From NCBI GenBank assembly GCA_041497895.1, contig JBGQHJ010000016.1, forward strand, positions 1-53,466: a DNA stretch of 53,466 nt. The letters are read 5' to 3'. The DNA is from Candidatus Methylomirabilia bacterium. GTDB lineage: Bacteria; Methylomirabilota; Methylomirabilia; Rokubacteriales; CSP1-6. The position numbers were made by a program, and so were the translations under genes. Of the stretch, positions 38,095 through 46,988 are shown one piece after another. Numbering within the stretch: the stretch's first letter is position 1; each line of letters begins with the position of its first letter. Below the pieces are notes generated by a model. It ran no database searches. It saw only the letters and a list, made by a program, of their open reading frames with translations, and was not told the origin of the DNA.

Positions 38095-38715
38095 ATGAGC
38101 TGGAGCGCGGCGGGCCGGGTCGTCCTGATGGTCGTGGTCGGCTGCTTGGCGGTCACACCGACCGATGTCCTCGCGCAGCGCGTGGGCGGCGGGGGAGCCC
38201 AGGTCGGCAGCGGTGGCGCCTCCCATGCCGGTTTCCACCATCACTCGCCCGGGGGCCGGGCGTTCGCTCACCGGCCCTTCGGCGGCGGCATCGTGGTCTT
38301 CGCGCCGCCCTTCTGGTACGGCTCGGACTTGCCGTACGACTCCGGCCCGGGCTACGGGTCCGCGCCCGCGTACGTGCCCACCGTGGGGGGACCGCTGGCG
38401 CTCGCGCCGCCGGCCCCCCCGATGCCCAGCGTGATCCAGTACCCCACCGGCCGGTGGGAGCTGCGCGGCGACGGCCTCACGGTTCCGTACCGGTGGGTGT
38501 GGATCCCGAATCCTCCCCCGGCGCCGCCGTCATCGATGCCGCCGGGTGGCGAGCCGGTGGCGCCGCCCCCGCCCGTGTCGAGCAGGCCGGAGCCGCCGGG
38601 CAACACCCGGATCTACCGCTGGACGGACGGGCAGGGGGTCCTGCACCTGACCGATCGGCTGGAGACGATTCCGGAGCGCTACCGGTCAGGGGCCCGGGCG
38701 GGCCGTCCCTCCTAG
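38095..38715 (+). CDS. exported Pro/Gly-rich protein with C-terminal DUF4124-like motif
   Basis: GGAGG RBS; signal peptide; IYRWTDGQGVLHLTD; upstream TTGACG-17-CACACT (38035-38063). Confidence 0.7.
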   Translation: MSWSAAGRVVLMVVVGCLAVTPTDVLAQRVGGGGAQVGSGGASHAGFHHHSPGGRAFAHRPFGGGIVVFAPPFWYGSDLPYDSGPGYGSAPAYVPTVGGPLALAPPAPPMPSVIQYPTGRWELRGDGLTVPYRWVWIPNPPPAPPSSMPPGGEPVAPPPPVSSRPEPPGNTRIYRWTDGQGVLHLTDRLETIPERYRSGARAGRPS

Positions 38716-38733
38716 ACGCCGGCTCGCCGCGCT

Positions 38734-39714
38734 CTAGCCGCGGAACTGGCGGCGGTCGCCGGCACGGAGCCAGAGCCGCACCAGGTGACGGCGCAGCTCG
38801 AGCTCGTCCTGGTCCTGGTAGGGCGTGCGGCCGTGGACGATCACGCGGTTGTTCAGCACCTGGATCTGGCCGCGCTCGAGCCACAGATCGAGCCGGTGCG
38901 CGGGGTCGCTCAGGAACTCGTCCATGAGGCGCACCGCGCGCGCGCCCTCGGGGTCGAGGACGCGCCCGGTCTTCTCGTAGCCTCGCATGATGTGCCGGGC
39001 GTTGAAGCGCGTCCGTAGCCGGCCGTCCCACGCGAAGACGGGGCGGAAGTTGGTCGCGGCCGCGTCGGCCGCCTGGTACTCCTGGTGATCCCGGTAGAAG
39101 ACCTCGTAGAGGCGTCGCAGCCGGGCCGGATGCTCGGTGAGGAAGTGGTTGTGGGCCGCGGCCGCGCTCGACACGATGCTCATGCCGCCGGTCCTCGCCG
39201 GTCGCAGGCAGAAGAGGCTCACGTAGCTCGGAGGCGCCTCGCCCATGCTGCTGTCGGTGTGCATCTCGAGCGCCTCCGGGGTGAGGGCGCCGCGCGTGTC
39301 CGCGGTGTATTCGCCCCCGTCGTGACGCACGTCGTAGATGACGGTGCCCTTCCACTCCTGGGCGACCGGCGGCTCGAGGAAGCTCATCAGGACCCAGTAG
39401 AGCGCGATCGCCTCGTCGCGGCTCATGGCGTCGACCGGGAGCCGGTCGAGCATCACGAAGCCCGCGCCGTCCTCGAGGCTCCGCCGGACCTCGTCCATGA
39501 AGCGTGCGGAGGCCGCGAGCGTGAAGTGCTCGGGCTGGAGCAGCAGGGTGGGCACCGGGGCGCGCCGCAGCTCGGCCAGCGCCGCGTCGAGCTCGGCCAG
39601 GACGGGGGCGGGGATCGGCATCAGATAGCGGTCGCGCGCAAGCGTCGGGCCGTGCCACGCCCGCGACGACGGGATCGGCGTGTCCAGCATCGTGGGGGCG
39701 GGAGAGGTCGTCAC
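38734..39714 (-). CDS. TauD/clavaminate-synthase-like 2OG-Fe(II) dioxygenase
   Basis: MHTD, LFCL, NNRVIVHGR and RHLVRLW motifs. Confidence 0.88.
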   Translation of the reverse strand: MTTSPAPTMLDTPIPSSRAWHGPTLARDRYLMPIPAPVLAELDAALAELRRAPVPTLLLQPEHFTLAASARFMDEVRRSLEDGAGFVMLDRLPVDAMSRDEAIALYWVLMSFLEPPVAQEWKGTVIYDVRHDGGEYTADTRGALTPEALEMHTDSSMGEAPPSYVSLFCLRPARTGGMSIVSSAAAAHNHFLTEHPARLRRLYEVFYRDHQEYQAADAAATNFRPVFAWDGRLRTRFNARHIMRGYEKTGRVLDPEGARAVRLMDEFLSDPAHRLDLWLERGQIQVLNNRVIVHGRTPYQDQDELELRRHLVRLWLRAGDRRQFRG

Positions 39715-39836
39715 GGGCCGATTCTACCAGCCCCGGCCGCCCTGGCGCGGCGCCCCTTTACCTGCGGCCGGCCCCGCGCTAGCATGCGGCCCGCGACAGG
39801 AGAAGCGCACCCCGCAGGACCCAGGGGAGGGTCGTC

Positions 39837-41099
39837 ATGACACACGCCTCGATGGCGCGGCGGATCGGATCCCTGATCGTCGCCGTCGCCGGTCTCGCGC
39901 TCTTCGCGTGGCCGGTCATCGCCCAGCAGACCACCACGCCGCCGGCCGAGCCTCCGAAGCAGGAGGAGGTGCCCTTCTGGGCCATCGGCCGGCCCCAGGC
40001 CGGCGCGGGCGCGCAGATGGCGCCGGTGCCCGCGTTCCCGATTCCCACTCCCGCCGACAAGCTGCCGATCGCGAAGATGAAGGTGCCGCCCGGCTTCAAG
40101 GTCGAGGTCTACGCGGCCAACGTCTTCGACGCGCGCGGGCTCCGGCAGGGCGACAAGGGCACCGTCTTCGTCAGTTCGCTGTTCGGGGCCGGCAAGATCT
40201 ACGCCCTGGTGGACAAGGGCGGCACCCGCGAGGTGAAGACCATCGCGGAGAAGCTGATGCTCCCGAACGGGATCGAGTTCCACAAGGGCTCGCTCTACGT
40301 CGCGACGCCGAAGGACATCACCCGCTACGACGACATCGAGGCCAAGCTCGACAACCCGCCCGCGCCGGTCCTGGTCACCGACCAGCTCCCGGGCGACGTG
40401 CCGCACGGCTGGAAGTTCATCAAGATCGGCCCCGACGGCAAGCTGTACGTCCCGGTGGGCGCGAACTGCAACATCTGCGAACCCGACCCGGAGAAGTACG
40501 CTCAGATCCGCCGCATGAACCTCGACGGCACCGGCGTCGAGATCGTGGCCCGCGGCGTGCGCAACACGGTGGGCTTCGACTTCCACCCGAAGACCGGCGA
40601 GTTGTACTTCACCGATAACCAGCGCGACTGGCTCTCGGAGGACCTACCCAACGACGAGCTGAACCGGGTCACCAGGCCGGGCCAGCAGCACTTCGGCTTT
40701 CCTTACTGCCATCAGGGCGACTTCGCCGACCCGCAGTACGGCTGGGGCAAGGCGTGCGACGACTTCGTGAAGCCGATCCTGCTGCTGGGGCCGCACTCGG
40801 CCCCGCTCGGCATGCGGTTCTACACCGGCAAGATGTTCCCGCAGAAGTACCACAACGCCATCTTCATCGCCCGCCACGGGCCGTGGAACCGCACCCAGAA
40901 GTACGCGGCCGACGTGATCGCGGTCTTCCTCAATCCCGACGGCACCGTGAAGTCGGCTGAGCCCTTCCTCACCGGCCTCGTCGAGAACAACGGCTACCTC
41001 GGGCGTCCGGTCGACGTGCTCGTCATGAAGGACGGCTCGCTGCTCGTCTCCGACGACCATGCGGGCGCGGTCTACCGGATCAGCTACGGCAAGAAGTGA
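39837..41099 (+). CDS. PQQ-dependent sugar / sorbosone dehydrogenase family protein
   Basis: Signal peptide; HGWK, GPDGKLY, GVRNTVGFD, PHSAPLG, GRPVD, SDD. Confidence 0.9.
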   Translation: MTHASMARRIGSLIVAVAGLALFAWPVIAQQTTTPPAEPPKQEEVPFWAIGRPQAGAGAQMAPVPAFPIPTPADKLPIAKMKVPPGFKVEVYAANVFDARGLRQGDKGTVFVSSLFGAGKIYALVDKGGTREVKTIAEKLMLPNGIEFHKGSLYVATPKDITRYDDIEAKLDNPPAPVLVTDQLPGDVPHGWKFIKIGPDGKLYVPVGANCNICEPDPEKYAQIRRMNLDGTGVEIVARGVRNTVGFDFHPKTGELYFTDNQRDWLSEDLPNDELNRVTRPGQQHFGFPYCHQGDFADPQYGWGKACDDFVKPILLLGPHSAPLGMRFYTGKMFPQKYHNAIFIARHGPWNRTQKYAADVIAVFLNPDGTVKSAEPFLTGLVENNGYLGRPVDVLVMKDGSLLVSDDHAGAVYRISYGKK

Positions 41100-41107
41100 C
41101 GTCTCGC

Positions 41108-41144
41108 CGCGGGCCGGGAACGGTACGATCGTTCCCGGCCCGCG
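41108..41144 (+). terminator. 15-bp perfect hairpin followed by TCCTTT (terminator/attenuator-like)
   Basis: CGCGGGCCGGGAACG-GTACGAT-CGTTCCCGGCCCGCG. Confidence 0.5.
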
Positions 41145-41157
41145 TCCTTTCCTCCGC

Positions 41158-41739
41158 GTGCCTTACATAGCCGTCCTCGTCGCCCTCGCGCTCCTCGCGC
41201 CGGCGGCGGTCGCCCGGGCCCAGACGGTGGACGAGCGGTTCACGGTGTGCCTGGCCTGCCACGGCGCCGACGGCCGGTCGCGCATCCCGGAGACGCCCTC
41301 CCTCGGAGGGCAGCCCTCGTTCTTCGTCGTCGCCCAGCTCTTCCTCTTCCGGGAGGGCCGCCGGGAGAGCGCGGCCATGATCGCGGCGGCCAAGGGGCTC
41401 ACCAATGACGACCTGATGGCCTTCGCCGAGCGCGTGACCAAGCTGCCGCCGCCCCCGCCCCCCGAGGACCCGGCCGACCCCGCCCGCTTCGCCCGGGGCC
41501 GGATGCTGACCTTGCGCCACCCCTGCGGGGTCTGCCACAACCCGGACTTTTCCGGCCGTGAGCAGATGCCGCGCCTGGCCAATCAGCGAGAGGAGTACCT
41601 GCTCAAGGCCATGCGGGAGTACAAGAGCGGCGCGCGGCTCGGCTACGGCGGAGCCATGTCGCAGGAGCTGGCCGGGCTCTCCGACCAGGACCTGAGCGAC
41701 CTCGCGCACTTCCTCTCCCACCAGGGCGCAAAGCCCTGA
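41158..41739 (+). CDS. diheme cytochrome c4/c553
   Basis: Signal peptide; CLACH and CGVCH heme motifs; PRLANQ...YL; GTG start inferred. Confidence 0.9.
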   Translation: MPYIAVLVALALLAPAAVARAQTVDERFTVCLACHGADGRSRIPETPSLGGQPSFFVVAQLFLFREGRRESAAMIAAAKGLTNDDLMAFAERVTKLPPPPPPEDPADPARFARGRMLTLRHPCGVCHNPDFSGREQMPRLANQREEYLLKAMREYKSGARLGYGGAMSQELAGLSDQDLSDLAHFLSHQGAKP

Positions 41740-41757
41740 CAGGGCGGGTCCGGAGCC

Positions 41758-41878
41758 TCAGGGAAAGAGGTCGATGATCTGGATGTGGCGACCGGGCAGC
41801 GCGAGCGGTGCCGCGGAGGCGCCCGGCTCCAGGGCCGTGACGGAAGCGGTATCGCCAACCGAACGGGACGGTGTCGAG
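41758..41878 (-). pseudogene. frameshifted C-terminal remnant of a Uma2-family endonuclease
   Basis: PFGWRYR, +1 nt at about 41845, then SVTALEPGASAAPLALPGRHIQIIDLFP*, resembling Uma2 C-termini. Confidence 0.5.
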
Positions 41879-41879
41879 C

Positions 41880-44252
41880 CTAGCGAGCCGCTCGCGACCG
41901 GTCGATGTCTCCGGGTGTGGACGCGTGGAGGGCGGCCCAGACCCGCCCCGGTGACATCGGCAGGTCGAGCGCGCGCACCCCGCGCGTCCCGAGGGCGTCG
42001 AGCACCGCGTTCACCGCCGAGGGCAGCGCGCCGGCCACGCCCGACTCGCCCGCGCCCTTCACCCCGAGCGGGTTGGTGGTGCAGGGGACGCCGTGGTGGC
42101 CCACCCGCAGCGCGGGCAGGTCGTCGGCGCGCGGCAGCATGTAGTCCATGAACGAGGCGGTGAGGAGCTGGCCGTGCTCGTCGTAGACGACGTGCTCGCC
42201 CAGCACCTGGCCCAGGCCCTGCGCGATGCCTCCGTGGATCTGTCCCTCCACGATGGGCTCGTGCACGATGCGGCCCACGTCGTCCACCGCCGCGTAGCCG
42301 ACCACGGCCACCCGGCCGGTGTCGGGGTCGATCTCGACCTCGGTCACGTGGCAGCCGTTGGGGAAGCTCATCTGGGGCGAGACGAACTTGGCGGCGGTGT
42401 CGAGGCCGTCGGCGAGATCCGCGGGCAGCCCGGGCAGCGCGCGGGCGCGGGCCGCCAGCTCGAGCAGGCCGATCGTGCGGTCGGTGCCCCGGACTCGGAA
42501 GTGCCCGGAGGCGAACTCCACGTCGGGCACCGCGGCCTCGAAGTAATGCGCGGCCACGCGGCGCCCTTTGTCGACCGCGCCGTCGCAGGCGAGCGCGGCC
42601 GCGCTGCCCGCCATCATCATGGAGCGCGACGCCACGCTCGGGGTGCCGGCCGGGACCCGGTCGCTGTCGCCCTGGACGAGTCGCACCGCGGCGGGATCGA
42701 TGCCGAGCCGCGCCGCGATCACCGGAGGAAAGGTCGAGAGGTGACCCTGGCCCATCGGCTGCGCGCCGGTGTGGAGCGCCACCGTGCCGTCGGTGCCGAA
42801 GCGCAGGTCCACCGTTTCGTCCAGGATGCCGCCCGCCACCTCGAGGAAGCAGCCCAGCCCGATGCCGCGCAGGCGCCCGGCCCGCTCCGAGGTGGCCCGG
42901 CGCGCCGGGAATCCCTTCCAGTCGGCCAGCTCGAGCGCCCGATCCATCACGGTCTCGAACTCCCCGCTGTCGTAGACCGGCCCGTTGGGCGTGCGGTAGG
43001 GCATGGCCGCGGGCGGGATCAGGTTGCGGCGCCGCAGCTCGACGCGGTCGATGCCGAGCGCGACCGCGGCCTGGTCGACGAGGCGCTCGATCACGTAGAG
43101 CGCCTCGGGCCGCCCCGCGCCGCGATAGGGTCCCAGCGGCGCCGCGTTCGTGAACGCGAGGGTCACGTCGATACCGATGACCGGGATGCGGTAGACGCTC
43201 GACAGGCAGTTCTTGGTGTTGTTGGTGCCGAACACCGCCGCGAACGCGGTGACGTAGGCGCCGAGCCCCACCCGGGTGCGCATGCGGAGGGCGAGGAAGC
43301 GCCCGCCCGCGTCGAGGGCCAGCTCGGCCTCGAGCAGGCCGTCGCGCCCGGCGGTGTCGGCCAGGAAGCTCTCCACGCGCGTGGCGCGCCACTTCACCGG
43401 GCGGCCCACCCGGCGCGCCGCGAAGAGCAGCGCCGCATACTCCGGGTAGGCCTGAACCTTCATGCCGAAGCCCCCGCCCACGTCGGGGGTCAGCACGCGG
43501 AGCTGCTGGACGGGGATCCTGAATACGCCCTCCGCCAGCAGGCGGCGGACGACCGCGACGCCCTGGGTGCTGGCGGTGAGGGTATAGCGCCCGTCGGCGG
43601 GATTCCACTGGCCGATGGCCGCGCGCGGCTCCATCGCGGCGGGGGCGAGGCGCGTGTCGTGCAGCCGGACCCGCGCCACGTGGGCCGCGCCCGCCATCGC
43701 CGCCTCCACGGAGGCGGCGTCGCCGTCCGCCCAGTCGAAGGCCACGTTGCCGGGCGCGTCCGGCCAGATCGCGGGCGCGCCCGGGGCCAGCGCGCTGCCC
43801 ACGTCGGAGGCCGCCGGGAGCGGGTCGAGATCGACCGCCACCGCGGCCGCCGCGTCGGCCGCCTGCTCGGGCGTCTCGGCGATCGCGACCGCGACCGCCT
43901 CGCCCACGTAGCGGACCCGATCGATCGCGAGCGGGGGGATGGGCGCCGAGGCGAGCGGCTTTCCGCCGCGGCCGGGGAAGGACGCGGCCGGCGGAATCGC
44001 CCCGAGGCCCGCGGCCTGGGCGTCGGCGCCGGTCAGGACGGCGAGGACGCCGGGGAGGGTGAGCGCGCGGGCGGCGTCCACGCCACGGATCTTCGCGTGG
44101 GCGACCGACGAGCGCACGAAGACGGCGTGGGCCTGGCCGGGCACGGCCACGTCGTCGGTGAAGCGGCCGCGGCCGGTGAGCAGCGGGCCGTCCTCGCTGC
44201 GCCGCCCGCCGGCGGCGGTGCCGAAGCGCAGCGAGGACTCGGGGCGGGCCAA
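41880..44252 (-). CDS. xanthine dehydrogenase family molybdopterin-binding large subunit (CoxL/CutL-like)
   Basis: RSEDGPLLTGRG, DVGGGFGMK, PYRGAGRPE, GQGH, GQIHGG, KGAGE; TTG start approximate. Confidence 0.92.
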   Translation of the reverse strand: MARPESSLRFGTAAGGRRSEDGPLLTGRGRFTDDVAVPGQAHAVFVRSSVAHAKIRGVDAARALTLPGVLAVLTGADAQAAGLGAIPPAASFPGRGGKPLASAPIPPLAIDRVRYVGEAVAVAIAETPEQAADAAAAVAVDLDPLPAASDVGSALAPGAPAIWPDAPGNVAFDWADGDAASVEAAMAGAAHVARVRLHDTRLAPAAMEPRAAIGQWNPADGRYTLTASTQGVAVVRRLLAEGVFRIPVQQLRVLTPDVGGGFGMKVQAYPEYAALLFAARRVGRPVKWRATRVESFLADTAGRDGLLEAELALDAGGRFLALRMRTRVGLGAYVTAFAAVFGTNNTKNCLSSVYRIPVIGIDVTLAFTNAAPLGPYRGAGRPEALYVIERLVDQAAVALGIDRVELRRRNLIPPAAMPYRTPNGPVYDSGEFETVMDRALELADWKGFPARRATSERAGRLRGIGLGCFLEVAGGILDETVDLRFGTDGTVALHTGAQPMGQGHLSTFPPVIAARLGIDPAAVRLVQGDSDRVPAGTPSVASRSMMMAGSAAALACDGAVDKGRRVAAHYFEAAVPDVEFASGHFRVRGTDRTIGLLELAARARALPGLPADLADGLDTAAKFVSPQMSFPNGCHVTEVEIDPDTGRVAVVGYAAVDDVGRIVHEPIVEGQIHGGIAQGLGQVLGEHVVYDEHGQLLTASFMDYMLPRADDLPALRVGHHGVPCTTNPLGVKGAGESGVAGALPSAVNAVLDALGTRGVRALDLPMSPGRVWAALHASTPGDIDRSRAAR

Positions 44253-44262
44253 TTCCGGCCGG

Positions 44263-45042
44263 CTAGTTCCGGAAAGACGAGTCCGTGCGATCCAGCCGGC
44301 GGAGGAGGCCCGGCCACACGAGCCGGCCCTGGCCGCCGTTGCGCCGCTGGTTCGCGACCGCGTTGGCGTAGCCCTTGTCCATGACTTCCTTGGGCACCGA
44401 GATCAGCTCCCCGCCCCCCGACTGAGCGCGCACCTGGATCTGGCAGGAGGCCTCGAGGTAGTACATGTTCACGAAGGCGTCCGCCACCGTCTCGCCCACC
44501 GTCAGCAGGCCGTGGTTGCGCAGGATCAGGCAGCGGTTATCGCCCAGGTCCGCCACCAGGCGCGGCTTCTCGTCGGCGTCGAGCGCGGGGCCCTCGAAGT
44601 CGTGGTAGCCCACGCTGTTGAGCACGAACAGCGAGTGCTGCGAGATCGGCAGCAGCCCGGCCCGCTGGGTGGCGACCGCGACGCCGTTCGCGGTGTGGGT
44701 GTGGAGCACGCACTTGGCGTCGTGGCGGGCGCCGTGGATCGCGCTGTGGATGATGAACCCGGCCGCGTTCACGTTGAACGGCGAATCCCCGAGCTTGTTG
44801 CCCTCCTGGTCGATCTTGACCAGGCTCGACGCGGTGATCTCGTCGAAGAAGAGGCCGTAGGGGTTGATCAGGAACTGGTTCTCGGTGCCCGGGACCCGGG
44901 CCGAGATGTGGGTGAAGACCAGATCCTCCCAGCCGTAGCGCGACACCAGCCGGTAGGCGGCGGCCAGGTCCACCCGGACGGCCCACTCCTCGTCCGACAC
45001 CTTTCCCTTGAGCGACGGAATCTCGAGCGCGGTGGTGGTCAT
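44263..45042 (-). CDS. class II aldolase/adducin family protein
   Basis: THISAR, INPYG, IHSAIH, HTHT and LRNHG motifs. Confidence 0.93.
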   Translation of the reverse strand: MTTTALEIPSLKGKVSDEEWAVRVDLAAAYRLVSRYGWEDLVFTHISARVPGTENQFLINPYGLFFDEITASSLVKIDQEGNKLGDSPFNVNAAGFIIHSAIHGARHDAKCVLHTHTANGVAVATQRAGLLPISQHSLFVLNSVGYHDFEGPALDADEKPRLVADLGDNRCLILRNHGLLTVGETVADAFVNMYYLEASCQIQVRAQSGGGELISVPKEVMDKGYANAVANQRRNGGQGRLVWPGLLRRLDRTDSSFRN

Positions 45043-45055
45043 GGGGTCCTTTCGC

Positions 45056-46204
45056 TCAGCGGAGGTTGTAGAGCTTGACCACGTTGTCGTAGGTGATCTT
45101 GCGCTGCACGCGCTCGGGCAGGTTGCCGAGGTTCTTCTCGAGGTGCCGCCGCGAGTCCGGCCACACGCAGTCCGGGTGCGGGTAGTCCGCGCCCCAGATG
45201 ATGTTGTCCTCGCCCACCAGCGGGATGATCGGCTCGAGGAACTGGTCCTGCTGGTAGGTCACGTAGCCCTGGCGCCGGAAGTAGTCGCTCGGCTTCATGG
45301 AGAAGCCCAGGCCGCGGGCGCGGTCTTCGTATTCCGTGTCGAAGCGATCGAACACGTAGGGCAGCCAGGTCACCCCGGACTCGCCCAGCACGAACTTGAA
45401 GTCCGGGTACTTCTCGCACGCCCCGGAGGTGATGATCGAGACCAGCACCTCCATGGTGTCGAGCTGGAAGAGTGAGGAGCGCACGAGCCGCCACTGCAGC
45501 ATGTACTGCTGCTCCATCGCGGGCGAGTCGGGCGCGCGCAGGGCCTTGAAGCCGGTCGAGTGGAACGCGATCGGGAAGTGGCACTCCGCCGCTGCTTCCC
45601 ACAACGGGTACCACTCGTGCTGGTAGAGCGGGATGCTCATGCTCTTGAAGCCGAGATCGCCGCCCTTGAGGCCCATCTTGGCGCAGCGGCGCACCTCGGC
45701 CGCGGCCACGTGGGGATCGTTGTTGGGCACGATCGCCAGCGGGTAGATCCGGTTCGGGTCCGACTTCTTGGCGAAGTCGGCGGCCCAGTCGTTGTAGATC
45801 GCGTTGGCCCAGGCCCGACGATCGCCGCTCGCGATCATGTCGTTGATCATCAGGCAGCCGTAGACCACTTCGGCATCGAGCCCGTCGCGGTCCAGATCGG
45901 CGAGCCGCAGCTCGGGGGTGGTGGGCCGAGGCTTGGCGCCCGCGCGGTGGTCCCACTCGAAGCCGCACGAGGCCATCTCGTCGATCCGGGCGAAGGCGCC
46001 GGGCGTGCGCTTGAGGAAGCCGGGGCCCACGCCGTTCCACATCCCCTTGTCCTGCGCTTCCACGAACCAGTGGCAGCCGTCCTCCAGCTCCTCCACGCGC
46101 GGCACCAGCAGCTTCCACTTCGACGGCGCCTGGCTGGACCAGAGATCGGGCGGGCAATAGGTGAGGTCGATGTGGTTGTCGCCGGAGATGAGCCGCTCTA
46201 GCAT
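45056..46204 (-). CDS. amidohydrolase_2 family protein
   Basis: ISGDNH, YNDW, FH, ESGVTW and WGADYPHPD motifs; AAGGAGG RBS. Confidence 0.9.
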   Translation of the reverse strand: MLERLISGDNHIDLTYCPPDLWSSQAPSKWKLLVPRVEELEDGCHWFVEAQDKGMWNGVGPGFLKRTPGAFARIDEMASCGFEWDHRAGAKPRPTTPELRLADLDRDGLDAEVVYGCLMINDMIASGDRRAWANAIYNDWAADFAKKSDPNRIYPLAIVPNNDPHVAAAEVRRCAKMGLKGGDLGFKSMSIPLYQHEWYPLWEAAAECHFPIAFHSTGFKALRAPDSPAMEQQYMLQWRLVRSSLFQLDTMEVLVSIITSGACEKYPDFKFVLGESGVTWLPYVFDRFDTEYEDRARGLGFSMKPSDYFRRQGYVTYQQDQFLEPIIPLVGEDNIIWGADYPHPDCVWPDSRRHLEKNLGNLPERVQRKITYDNVVKLYNLR

Positions 46205-46281
46205 GACGCCCTCCTTGGCCGGGTGGGGAGCAACCTCGTCGCGGTGATCCTACTCCCGAAGTGTGCGCCAGGACAAGAGAC

Positions 46282-46986
46282 TCAGGAAGGGGCGGCTGAC
46301 CGGCGGGACAGCAGGGTGAAGTAGGTCTTGTCGCGCCGGTTACGCACGAGGTCGAGCGGGCTCCGGCCGTCCCGGCTCCTGATGGTCGGGTCTGCCCCGT
46401 GACGGAGCAGCATCTCGACGTGTCGGTGGTCGCTGTTCTTCTTGAGGACCAGGTGAAGGGCGGTCAGACCCTTCGAGTTCTGGAAGTTCACGTTGGCCCC
46501 GTGGCGCAGGAGCCGCTCGGCGCCAACGAAGCGGCTCCACTTGATCGCGCCCAGGAACGGTGTCTCGTCCTCGGTGACCGGGTCCGGCTGGGCCCCACTC
46601 CGGACCAGCAGGTCGATGGCTTCCACGTTCTCCGCGAAGGCGGCCGCCCAGAGGGAGTTCTCCGGTGTCGAGCCGTGCTTCAGGAGGAGCCGAGCAAGCG
46701 GGAGGTTCCGGCCCCGCGAGATCGAGTACCAGAGCGGGGTCGCCTGGAAGGCGCCCTCGCCGAACGCGGGGGCATTGACGTCGAGGCCGGCCTCGAGAAG
46801 GCGACGCGCGAGCGTGAGCGCCCGGCCGGAAGTCTTCGGATCGGCGGGCAGGCTGCAAAGGAAGTGCAGCGGCTTGCGGCGACGATCGTCGGTGGCGCGG
46901 ATCAGATCGGGGTTCTTCTCGAGGAGGGAGGTCACCGCCTCGACATCGAGCGCCTTGATGGACTGGAAGAGCCGCGTCTTGCTCAT
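46282..46986 (-). CDS. ankyrin repeat protein
   Basis: TPLW...LLKHG, TPF...LLRHGANVN, GLTALH...LLRHGADP, GRSPLD. Confidence 0.88.
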   Translation of the reverse strand: MSKTRLFQSIKALDVEAVTSLLEKNPDLIRATDDRRRKPLHFLCSLPADPKTSGRALTLARRLLEAGLDVNAPAFGEGAFQATPLWYSISRGRNLPLARLLLKHGSTPENSLWAAAFAENVEAIDLLVRSGAQPDPVTEDETPFLGAIKWSRFVGAERLLRHGANVNFQNSKGLTALHLVLKKNSDHRHVEMLLRHGADPTIRSRDGRSPLDLVRNRRDKTYFTLLSRRSAAPS

Positions 46987-46988
46987 GG

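Noticed and set aside
41097..41144. TGA plus hairpin after the sorbosone dehydrogenase as a second Sec read-through fusing it to the cytochrome
   Set aside because: The cytochrome is in a different frame, and the dehydrogenase ends at its normal YRISY C-terminus
41880..44252. Aerobic CO dehydrogenase (form I coxL)
   Set aside because: Lacks the AYxCSFR motif and adjacent coxM/coxS
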